The notes under the pieces are model-generated. The model was given only the letters and a program-made list of their open reading frames with translations. It searched no databases and was not told the origin of the DNA. DNA of 64,000 nucleotides from Malacoraja senta. Taxonomy: Eukaryota. Both the position numbers and the translations under genes were made by a program. The stretch is taken from contig CM075980.1 in NCBI GenBank assembly GCA_038087875.1, positions 11,346,001 through 11,410,000 of the forward strand, in the 5' to 3' direction. Positions 25,001 through 37,000 of the stretch are shown here, one piece after another; within the stretch, counting starts at the first letter, position 1, and every line of letters starts with the position of its first letter.

Positions 25001-28000
25001 AGATAGCAATGACATGGCAACCTGATGGAAGAAGGAAAATAGGCCGACCAAAACACACATGGAGGCGAACATTCCAGAAGGATTTGGAAGCCCGGGACGC
25101 AAACCTATCGAGGGTGGAAGACGTCGCACATAACCGAACAGAATGGCGAAAGCTTGCTGCCCAATGCACTCAACAGTGTGGGAGGAGCTAAGTCTAAGTA
25201 AGTCATATAAGGGGGGGTGGAACTGGAGGTCTGCAACATGGCAATCTTCCTTCATACATTGAAACACATACAAAAATGACCAGGGTCTCTAACGCAGCAT
25301 CCCCACAAGGAAGAAGTTGTGCCATTCGTCACCCAGGACCCACACTCAGGAGTTTATCTTATAATTATAAAATTAGAAACTAAGAGCAAAGAGGGAGGTT
25401 TTACAAACCATACCCATGTGCAACTATCCACCCGATTTACCAGCATTAAAAAGCATTTACCAGCTTTTGCTCCATTACCTTGTAGGTATCAGCATTCTGT
25501 AACTTGGTCTACCTTCCCACGTGCATATCCAACTATCACAAGTGGTGCAAGTTTATGCTTCACCCACCCTTTTAAGCAGTGACCACCACCATTCACCGGG
25601 TAAGGAGAAAGCTGCTGCTTCTTCCTGCTACTGCTTTAACGATTGTTTTAAATATATGCCCCTCTCTCCCAATGATGACTGTTTTCTTTCACCTTCAGCC
25701 TCCTCTGTTCCAAAGAAAACAACTGAACATCATCAAATCTTCCATCATTGCAGAAATTCTCCAGGACTAAGAAAATATCCTTGAACTCTTCATGTAATCA
25801 CATCTTCCTGTAGGGTGATGACCAGTATTGTATACAGAATTCTAGGTTTTTAGTTTTAGAGATACAGTGTGGAAACAGGCCCTTTGTCTCACTGCGGTCC
25901 AAGCTGATCAGTAATCCCCACTCAATAGTTTTATCCGACAGACCAGGGACAATTTACAGAAGTAATTAACCTACAAACCTGCACGTTTTTGGAGAGTGGG
26001 AGAAAACCGGAGCACCCGGAGAAAACCCTTGCGTTGCAGGGAGAACCTACAAATTCCATACAGACAGCACCAATAATCAGGATCGCATCCAGGTCTCTGA
26101 CACTATAAAGGGCCTGTCTCACTTGGCGATTTTTTTCCGCGACTGCCGGCATCATTGACGGACATATCATGTCACCTAAAAAATACGCGGCGTGATGACG
26201 TATGACGCGCGGTGTTTTTTCGTGTCACAACCACTTTTTTGTCACCGCTGGATTTTGAAATGCTCAAAATCTTTTGGCGACACTGATACGACGCTGGCAA
26301 AATCGCCAAGTGGGACAGGCCCTGCCTCCAGCATCTCTATTTTCTTAGTCCTGGAGAATTTCTGCAATGATGGAAGATTTGACGGTGTTTAGAGTTGTTG
26401 CCTCCAGTATCTCTGTGCCACCCTAGGTGTGGTCTAACTCTAAACACAGTTTTAGCATAACTATCAAGCTTCGATATTTATGCCTAGACATCCACAATAT
26501 CATGTTGTTTAAGAAGGAACTGCAGATGCAGTAAAATCGAAGGTAGACAAAAGTGCTGGAGAAACTCAGCGGGTGCAGTAGCATCTATGGAGCGAAGGAA
26601 ATAGGCAACGTTTCGGGTCTGAAGAAGGGTTTCAGCCCGAAACGTTGCCTATTTCCTTTGCTCCATAGATGCTGCTGCACCCGCTGAGTTTCTCCAGCAC
26701 TTTTGTCTATCCACAATATCATGCTGACTACCTGTGGCCATGCATTGCAAGGTCCATCTGTCCCTTTATATTTCTTTGCAAAAATTGGTGCAGGCGAGTA
26801 GCTCCGAGGTAAAGGACCAGTCACGATCTTATTGAATGGTAGAAAGATAGGTGATGCTGCAGCCACAGCCACTTTTTATATTCCTATGCAAAGAAGGATT
26901 TAATTGTGATCAAAAGCTTGTTCAGCAGGCTAGATTTTAAGAAATGGTCTGGAAAGAAAGGCCGACATTGTGTTAAAGACAATCCAGGGCATGACAAGGC
27001 AAAACTACATTCTCTTGCCTTGGGTTTACCTTTCCCAAATTTATTACCTGAAATTTTACCTCTGTGAAATAAACTCCATGCAAGTTTAGCGTTCAATGAA
27101 CCAGTTGATATCCTCATGCTTTATCCTCATCCTATTGCTTTAACAATTGTGGTCAACCATATGCAGGGTTTTTGTATCACGTGCCAGTGAGGAATCATGC
27201 CTCCTTTACGTCTAAAACACCGAACCCATTAAAATTCCAGTGGAAAGATCCCTTCAGGAACCAATGCAGCTACCCAATGACCTACGTATTTCAATGTTAA
27301 TAAACAGAAAATATTAATGGAAGTTTTGTTACCCTGAGAGCAGCATCCCGCACTGCTGAACACGGTGACAGCAGAGCTTGTAAGAGGACATCAATCTCCT
27401 CCTGTTCAGCATATGCACATCCTTCCTCTCCACTGCTGCTGGCACACAAGGATGTCAGAGTATTGGAAGCCAGTACCTAAAAGGACAGATGTGATTTTGA
27501 CATTTTACAAATTAACTGGAATCCAAATGTTCTCTTTCCATCTACTTGCTGCTTTTCCATGAACATGAACACTCTTTGCAGAATCTGGAGAATAAACATG
27601 GAAGATGTTGATACAAAGTGCTGGAGTAACTAACTCATCGGGTCAGACAGCATCACTGGAGGTCATAGATAGGTGACATTTCGTGTTGGGACCCTTCTTC
27701 AGACGCATAAAAGGTTTGCAGTGCATGGCTGAAAGGGGAGAGGCAGGGAAATTGAATGAAGGAAGATCATGAGTGAGAGGATTAGAGGGAAAATTGGCAG
27801 GAGGATAGGTAGTCTGGGAACGTGGGTCGCAGCACCTTGAAGATTGGATAAGGAAATTGAATAAGATTGAAGTCTGAAGAAGGGTCCCGACCTGACATGT
27901 CACCTTTTCACGTTCTCCAGAAATGCTGCCTGACATACTAAGTTTCTCCAAAACGGTGTGCTTTTTTTTTGTAAACCATGATTTGCAGTTCTTCGTGGCT

Positions 28001-31000
28001 CCATGGAAGATGATGGCATGGTTTAATGCTGTTTATGGATCCTTGCTAAGCAATCTTATCTAATTGCACCATCTATCAGGTAAATCACATGGCACAAAAT
28101 GTTACCCGTTAATCTTCTGGATGCAATATAAAATGTAATGCTCTAAGTATACGTACTTTCTGAAGACATCAATATTCAAGTTACTGCAGCTGCACTAATT
28201 AAATTAGACAGTTACAGAAAAAGTATTAGCTTAAATAAATAATCTTCTGGTAAAAATTGAGTGACAACATAAATCTGCTGTTATTGAGGAACAAGCTAAA
28301 GAAGGACAATCAACAAAGATGTTATAAGGGAAGAAAGATCCTGTATAACTTAATTTAAAGTATTTTTGAGATAACCAGGATATCTGATGTGGTATACATG
28401 ATCTTGGTGAGACAACTGATCAAATGCAACATGGGAGATCCATCAAGAACCTAAAAGTCTATGGGACCCAAAGGAAAGCAATAAGTTGGGTCAAAAATTA
28501 CTCTGTTCAATGAGCAACTTGGCAACTGGTGCACTGAGTAAGCCACTTTTTCTTATGGGATATTGAAATGATTTTGACTTAAGTAGGGATGTCATAATTA
28601 AGAAATTTGGCAATGGCTTCAAAACTGGCTGAATGGTTCAAGGTAAACATTTTCACATCAAGAAAAGGGATGGGATTGTCAAATCTAGAAATCTGGACAA
28701 TAAGCACAGTGGTTAAGGCAAAACAAACAAAAATGAAGCTTACATTAGACAATAAGTGTTTAATGCAGAAAAAAAAACCTGGAGTGTTCAGGAAGTTTAC
28801 ATTAAAATTAAGGGGAAATGTAGAAGATCAAAGTTCCGGAAGAAGTCAGTGGGTCAGAGGATCAGTGGAGGAAATCGGTAGATGTCATTTCTGGTTGGGA
28901 CCCTCCTTCAGATTGCTCAATCTGATGAAAGATCCTGACCCGAAATGTTGTCCGTCCATTCCCTCCACAGACTTAAATAAACAATCATCCGATTCTCTGA
29001 AAATGAAGGAAACTGCAAAGATTTCTCATCATTTTAATGCTTCCGAGAGAAGAATGGAAGACGATTACAATTATGATGTGTAGGAAGGAACTGTAGATTG
29101 CCGTTTTAAATCAAAGATAAGACACAAAATGTTGGAGTAACTCAGCGGGACAGGCAGCCTCTCTGGAGAGAAGGAATGGTGACGTTTTCGGTTGAGACCC
29201 TTCTTAAAATTATGATGTTGTTTAAAGGAGAAGGAAGGAATCTACCAAGCAATTAGATGCTAATTAGCTTAAATTCTCAGATAGAATTATTGGAATCAAT
29301 TCTGAGGGACAATATAAACCTTCAATTAAATAGACACAGATGAATCAAAGACTGTCAGAATGGAATTAAGAGGGAAGGTTGTGTGGGCTAACATAAATTG
29401 TTTTTTTGAGGAAGAATCAAGGAGGGTCAATGAGGGTGATGTGGCTGTGTTCTACTTGGATTTTAGCAAGTCTTTTCACAAAATCTCATTTGGTAGGTTG
29501 GTCAAAAAAACATGGGATCAAAGAGAAAGTGGAAAAAGTGAATACCCAAGGGGAAATGAAGAAGATGGAAACATTCATCACATTGAAAAAGTTCTAGAAT
29601 GTGATCTGTAGGGGTACAGAGATGGTGCAATAAGTGGGATTATGTTTTTCTTTTGACTGGCAACTACACAATGAGTCAAATAGCCTGCTTGCCTCGTAAA
29701 CAATATATAATTCTATTTTGGGCAACAGCAGGACATTGATGGACTAGTTAAGCAAGCTCAAAAGAGGCAAATAGGTTTCAGCTCAGTGAAATATGAGATA
29801 AAGAATTTTGGAAAGGTCAATGAAGGAAGGATGGCATGATAAACAGTGGGATACTAACATGTACAGGAGTAGAGGAACCTTGGAGTACATGCATCCAAAT
29901 CCTTGAAGATAGTAAGTTAGATAAATATTGAATTTAAGGAAGCTTATTGGATTCCTGCCTGTATTAGCTGGGCACAGCACACAAGAGCAATAAGGTAATG
30001 TTAGAAATATGTAAAACATTAGTTGAGGCACACCTAGTGTACCGTGTACAATTCGGATTATGACTCAACCACGAGGGTGTGGAAGAATTAATGGGGACAG
30101 AGCAGATTAAACAAGGATGCTGCCAAGGCTGTAGAATTGTGGTTTGCAATGAGACCAACTAGGTTGGAGGTCAATTCCCTCAGAACAAATGTAAGACTTA
30201 GTTGGGTTTTATAAAATCACAGGAGTTCTGCACAGGGCAAGAGAAAACATTCATTTCCTTTGCAAAAGAGTCAGTAATTAGGTTACATAGATTTAGATTA
30301 AGTGGTAGAGGTTAGAAGAGATTGATTAAAAACATTCTCATTGAAGCAGTGGGGGCTCTGCTCATGGGTATGTACTGTCTTACGGAAAATGTCCCCAGGT
30401 ATGTGAGAAAAGAAATAGAAGCCATAGAGACTCAAGTGGATATCATCTCAACTAGAAAAGGATGAGTATGAAATTGTGTGCATGGTATCACAGAGCAGAT
30501 CACCATAGATCAGGAATGAAGGGAAACAGTTTGAATTATTCATAAACTACAGCAATGCTAATGGTCCAAGCAAGTTAACTGGAATGGAATTCAACTATAA
30601 GCCCTGACCAATAACCTCAAAGATGAAACTTAGTGTCAGAACCACTAGTTCAAAAAAGCCAAATTGACTGTCATTAAATGAGGTTTATTAAAAAATAATC
30701 TACAAAAATTAAGTGCACCCAATCGCGAAATGTGAGTAAAATCATAATTTGTGCCCAACAAATGGAGGTGGTTTGAAATGTACCTGGAGTCGTGGTGAGC
30801 CTGTGGCCATGACCCTGGTGAGCAGGAGCAGCATTGCCATCCGAGGCAGCAGTTCAGGTCCACTCTGTCAAAACAATTATTAATCCATTTAAAGCACTTC
30901 ATCAATGTAATATTCTAATTGTTACATGAATGACCATCTAATAGTCATGAGCTTGGGCTGCTGGCTGCTTTGGCACCTTTGGATCCTACGCTATGATACA

Positions 31001-34000
31001 CAGAGGTTGCTACCCTTTAAGGCTGCCTGAACCTGATTGCTAACGCCATCGGCAAATGCCTACACCATATTCTAGGCTGTCATCTGGACTATTCCCCCTG
31101 CCACAACAGTTGGACAATATCTTTCACACGCAGCCACATATAATCACATAGACATGTACCATTTGATCATCTGTCAGCATTCAGCAATGTGGTGGTTATA
31201 GCTCCAATAAAATGTGGTGGTTATAGCTCCAATAAAACAAAGCCTTTTTCTATTATCCTTGATAATTTTTCTTTCTTGTGGCTTCATTTTTTAATTTTAA
31301 TTTTATATTTAATGTCTCATCCACATCCCTGTTCAGTTCTTTCAACATCCCAATCCTTACTTTGATGCCCATGCAACTATTCTTCTAACACTCAGCTTGG
31401 AGACTCAGTGGCTCAAAAAGATTGGACCTTGCATGTTGGTGAAGTTAAGTCAGACAGCTTTGGCTCAGCCCTAGGGCATTACCCATAATTAAACTTCAGA
31501 AGTACTATAATGGCTGTAAAGCAACCGGAGAAAATGGAAGCCACTATTTGAATATGCTTTCTTCCTATGACAGCAACTAAGTAGAATTAGCCCATCTTGA
31601 AATCACTAGATGAGCATGCACTTGAAAAGTCTCGGAAAAGCCAGAGAGAACACATGAATTGCTCAATGCCCAAGGCCTTGCCAGCAAGGTTTGCCATCGT
31701 CAGAAAGAGCCCCTTCGGCAGTTTGAAAGGCAATTACGATTTTATGGGGTGCTGCAAAGCCTCTTTTTTTGTGATAAATGCACAATGGAAGGTTGAATGG
31801 ATTTTATTCAGAACCAGAGATCACATTTCGAGATCACTTTCCTGGCACAACCAATAAATGGAGCTGTGACCAAAAGATCTTCCATCTAGCAATCCATTTA
31901 CAGTAAATCTTCCCTGCAGATATAATAATCTATCACGTGAACTAATCCTCACTGATTTGCAAAATGCTGCCACTCAATTTTATAATACTGAATGTACAAT
32001 TTGATTGTTCTGTTCACTGTCAGGGTAATTTTGAACAATAACTTTATAACATAGGTACATTCTTTTTAAAAGACAAAAAGAAAAAGTATAACCATCACCT
32101 CATCAATCAGCAGGGAGCCGTCAGTCATTGATCGGAGCTGAGCATGTTCATTGATCATTTGAAGTGCCTGAATCAACATGCCCTCCTTTTCTTCACTATC
32201 ATTTACTGTGTCTGTCAAGACTATCTTTAATAGTGGGAAGCAATATGCAAAGGCAGGAGCTGTAAGAGGTTTCACACCTGCAAGGGACAACAAAAAGGAA
32301 ATGAAGCTTAAAGTGGTGCTCAAGCCAGGTCTTCCAGTATCTCAATCCTGAACGTTAAAAAACAATGTGTTACTCCAACTAATCACCAGAGAGAAATATC
32401 ACAATAGCTGTCCAATATGTATTAATAATCTATGAAAATGCATTAAAAATACTTCCCATCTGGACTAAAAACTCTCACGCTCAATGGGATAAAGCATGCA
32501 GGGGCATCAAGGAGAGGGAAGATATACTTGTCCATTAAAACGCTCAGTAAATATAGATTTGAATTTATTAAAAAATAGAGGTCATTTGATTCAATAAGTG
32601 ACGACCACAACAAAACAATGCAATTTCAGTAAAACAAAGTGCTGAGGGGACTCAGTAGGTCAGGTGTCTGTGGAGGGAATGGATGTTTCGGGTCGGGATC
32701 TTTCCTCAATGTAATTTCAGTATATGACATACCTGCCTCAACTTTGCCAACACGGTTAGGCACAGTACGTGAGCGCAGCAGATACACAGCACGGTCAGTG
32801 GCTGTTTGGAGTTCTTCTTGACACCAAGCTTCATCCAAACTGCATGCAGGTTTTAACAGCCGGAGAGTCACATTACCAACGAGGCAGCCTGAATCAAATA
32901 TAGATTTTAAGGTAAGATACATGTTCACCATGATGCCATTCTGAGGTTGTGAAGCACTGAAGGCCGCGTCCCTGAATGCCTGGGACTTGACATTTCTCTT
33001 TAGAACTCTTCTGTTTGATCATAACTTAAGTATTTCACAGCAAGCATGCAGTTACCATTGTCAAATCATTTTGGGGGTACACGTTTGAGGAGACTATCAA
33101 TATTTTACTTTCATACACTAAAAAAGACAATGATGTTGCTTATTTTTAGGCAACATTAGTAATTTCAGACAATAGTATTTTCAGCCACCCATTTTTTGCT
33201 CCAGCTTAGATATGGCCCTCCAAATCCAAAGGATTGGTCAGCCTTTGCTTTCAAGTAATCAAATGATACAAGTTCAGCGTTACCTTAGCAGTGGCATGAA
33301 GGTGTAGACAATAAATGTCAGCAAAGTCACAATCCCAGAAAATGAATAAGATCAAACAAAGAAAAAAATAATCAGTAGCTGTTTATTTCAGGATGAATTA
33401 ATGATTAATACATACCCAGGTTTTTTAGATCTGCTGTCAAGACACACGCACTCAAAGCCAGGAATGTTTCCTTAAGTCTGGGAGCAACGAGTGGTGATTG
33501 GAATAGTGGGAGGAAAAGACGAATCAATGCAGGGATCTGCTGTGACAAACCACGGGGGTTCCTCTTTATGATGGCGTTCAGCACGTTTAGAGCAGCCTGC
33601 AAATCCTCATCTAACTGTGGGAACACAAAATTGGAATCCGTTTCTTCAAAAGCTCAATAAAGGCATTCAAAAATGGTTCAACAATTAGCCCGCATATGGG
33701 GAACAGGTGTATAAATATGGAATAGCTGGCCAGCAATATTTTGCATTCACCACACAGGTTCAATCTCGAAACCTGCTCTGGAAGATGGACGTGTTCATGT
33801 TGCATAATGCAGGAATTTGCAAATTAAATTTCAATTTAAAATACAATTTCTCATTACCTGCATGACAAATACCCCCCAAACCAAAATTTATCAGCTGTCC
33901 TAAGACCAATTTGATTACGATTCCAAGTGCTCACTATTCTGGTTCTTTGTATAGCAATTGAGTCGACCTCATTCCCATCTCTTTGCCTCTAGCCTTGCAA

Positions 34001-37000
34001 GTGTTCTACTTTCAAGTATATATCCAATTTCTGTTTGAAAACCACATGTCCATCTATATCCACCACATTTTCAGTCAGTGTTTTTAGATCATAACCACAC
34101 AATGCTTAAAATGGCTTTTTCTCACATCATCCTTTGATCCCTTCCCAATCACTTTAAATTGCATTTCCATTCTTGACCATGCAGCTTCTGAGAAATGTTT
34201 CTCCCTATTTACATATCTAAAGGCATCATGATTTTGTTCCCCTCTCAAGCTTGTGCCCTCATTGGAGAATGATCAGAATTTTATCATTATAATTAAATCC
34301 TGCATCTAATATAAACAGCTCTAGTAAATCTTTTCTGCACCCTCTTTAGGATGCTTGCATACTTCCTAATGCAGTTTCCAACAATAGATGCAGTACTTTG
34401 TAGCCTAACAGGGAATCACAAAAGCTCAAGATAACCTCCTTGCCTCTATTTTTCATGTCCAGATTACATTTTCAAAACCCCTGCCACCTTTGAAGATGTA
34501 TGCAGATACAATTCTACAATTGAAGGCAACATCTCCAAGTTTGCGGATGACACTAAGCTGGGGGGCAGTGATAGCTGTGAGGAGGATGCTAGGAGACTGC
34601 AAGGTGACTTGGATAGGCTGGGTGAGTGGGCAAATGTTTGGCAGATGCAGTATAATGTGGATAAATGTGAGGTTATCCACTTTGGTGGCAAAAACAGGAA
34701 AGCAGACTATTATCTAAATGGTGGCCGATTAGGAAAAGGGGAGATGCAGCGAGACCTGGGTGTCATGGTACACCAGTCATTGAAAGTTGGCATGCAGGTG
34801 CAGCAGGCAGTGAAGAAAGCGAATGGTATGTTAGCTTTCATAGCAAAAGGATTTGAGTATAGGAGCAGGGAGGTTCTACTGCAGTTGTACAGGGTCTTGG
34901 TGAGACCACACCTGGAGTATTGCGTACAGTTTTGGTCTCCAAATCTGAGGAACAACATTATAGCCATAGAGGGAGTGCAGAGAAGGTTCACCAGACTGAT
35001 TCCTGGGATGTCAGGACTTTCATATGAAGAAAGACTGGATAGACTTGGCTTATACTCGCTAGAATTTAGGAGATTGAGAGGGGATCTTATAGAAACGTAC
35101 ACAATTCTTATGGGGTTGGACAGGCTAGATGCAGGAAGATTGTTCCCGATGTTGGGGAAGTCCAGGACAAGGGGTCACAGCTTAAGGATAAGGGGGAAAT
35201 CCTTTAAGACCGAGATGAGAAAAAACTTTTTCACACAGAGAGTGGTGAATCTCTGGAACTCTCTGCCAGAGGGTAGTTGAGACCAGTTCATTGGCTATAT
35301 TTAAGAGGGAGTTAGATGTGGCCCTTGTGGCTAAAGGGATCAGGGGGTATGGAGAGAAGGCAGGTACGGGATACTGAGTTGGATGATCAGCCATGATCAT
35401 ATTGAATGGCGGTGCAGGCTCGAAGGGCCGAATGGCCTACTCCTGCACCTATTTTCTATGTATCTATATAATGATATGAGGCAATGTATCAGTGATTATA
35501 ATTTATCTTTCCTAATTTTCCCCAAATTAGATCACTTTGTAGATCAATGGATTAAATTTCATCTGCATACGCCTGCCCATTCCAATAGCCCAAGTTTTTA
35601 TTATTTTTGGTTTTTATTATTATTAGTTTTTATTATTTTATTTTGTCGGGGTATGTGTGTGGGGGTGGGGGTGGGGGTGGGGGTGGGACTTTAAAATCTT
35701 TCCCCTGCACGGGACACCCGACCTTTTCTTTGTCGGGTCCCCGTTGTCGTTGGGGCTGGGCAACGTGGAGCGGCCTCCAGCAGGAACGACCTGGGGCTCC
35801 AGTTGCGGAGCTGCGGACTACTCACCGTCACGGGGCTGGCCGAGTCCGGAGCGGGTGGAGCTGTGGTGGAGCGCTGCTGCGACCCGACCCCCGGAGATTC
35901 GGAGGCTACAACCGCGGGTCTGGCGGACGGCAACACCGGAAGTCCGCGGGTCCCTGGTGGGAGACCGCTTTTCGGGGCTTCCGCAGCGGCGACTTCTCCC
36001 GCCCGAGTTGCGGGGTTGAAGAGCACCTGGAGCGGGGCTTTACATCACCGCCCCGCGCGGCTTGGAATGGCCGCGGGACTTTGCGAGCGCACACACCAAG
36101 ACCCGGTGCGCGACCTTGCATTACCCGGCTTGGATTTAATGGCCGCGGGACAATCACCATCGCCCGCCGGGGGCTTTGACTTTGACTCTGACATCGGGGG
36201 GAGGAGTGCAGTGGAGAGATAAGTTGGGTTTTTTTGCCTTCCATCACAGCGCTGTGATGGATGTATGTGTAAATTGTGTTGTGTCTCGGGTCTTCTTCGT
36301 TTTGTAATGTATGGCTGCAGAAACGACATTTCGTTTGGACCTCAATGGGGTCCAAATGACAAATAAATTGTATTGTATTGTATTATAAGTCCCTATGAAA
36401 TCGGCTATTTCAGTCTCTGTCACATTTTCAATTATGTGTTATTTGCAAAATTTAAAAATGCAACCAGCATATTCAATAATGTATAAGCAGTATCTCCTGG
36501 ACTGACCCAGGGGAATCATTGTCCCTCTCTCTGGTCAGAAAACACAATTCCCAAAACACAATTTTCAATCTTGAGCTAATTTCTTATTGATATTGCTATT
36601 GACTCAATAATGCTCAGCAGCCTTTTGTTTAGGAATTCATTACTGGCCTTCTGAAAGTTCAAGAGCATGTCATCTGGCAGAAACAAAGAACTGTAGATGC
36701 TGGTTAATACACAAAAGGACACAAAGTGCTGGTGTGAGTGCCAGAAGAAAATTAAATAACCCAAAATCAAAGTTAAACAAAAATCCTCTGCAAATTTAGA
36801 CTGTTGTCTCAAAGTATTAGGGCTTTTCAGTGGTGCATATTCCTTTTTTATACCTGCTTCAATCGCTTCCTGATCGACGACTCCCTTTCCAGCTGGGTCT
36901 GCAGCATCTCCTTCTGTTTGTTGCTCAACTGCACCTCATCCTTCAGACCTTTCTTCTTCTTAATTTCCTATCAGAAATTATTTAATTTTAAAACGTGGTT

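Noticed and set aside
35607-36355. Overlapping 94-190 aa ORFs in GC-rich element C (also 20684-21154 and 8473-8782)
   Set aside because: Open in several frames on both strands because of high GC content; no recognisable domain
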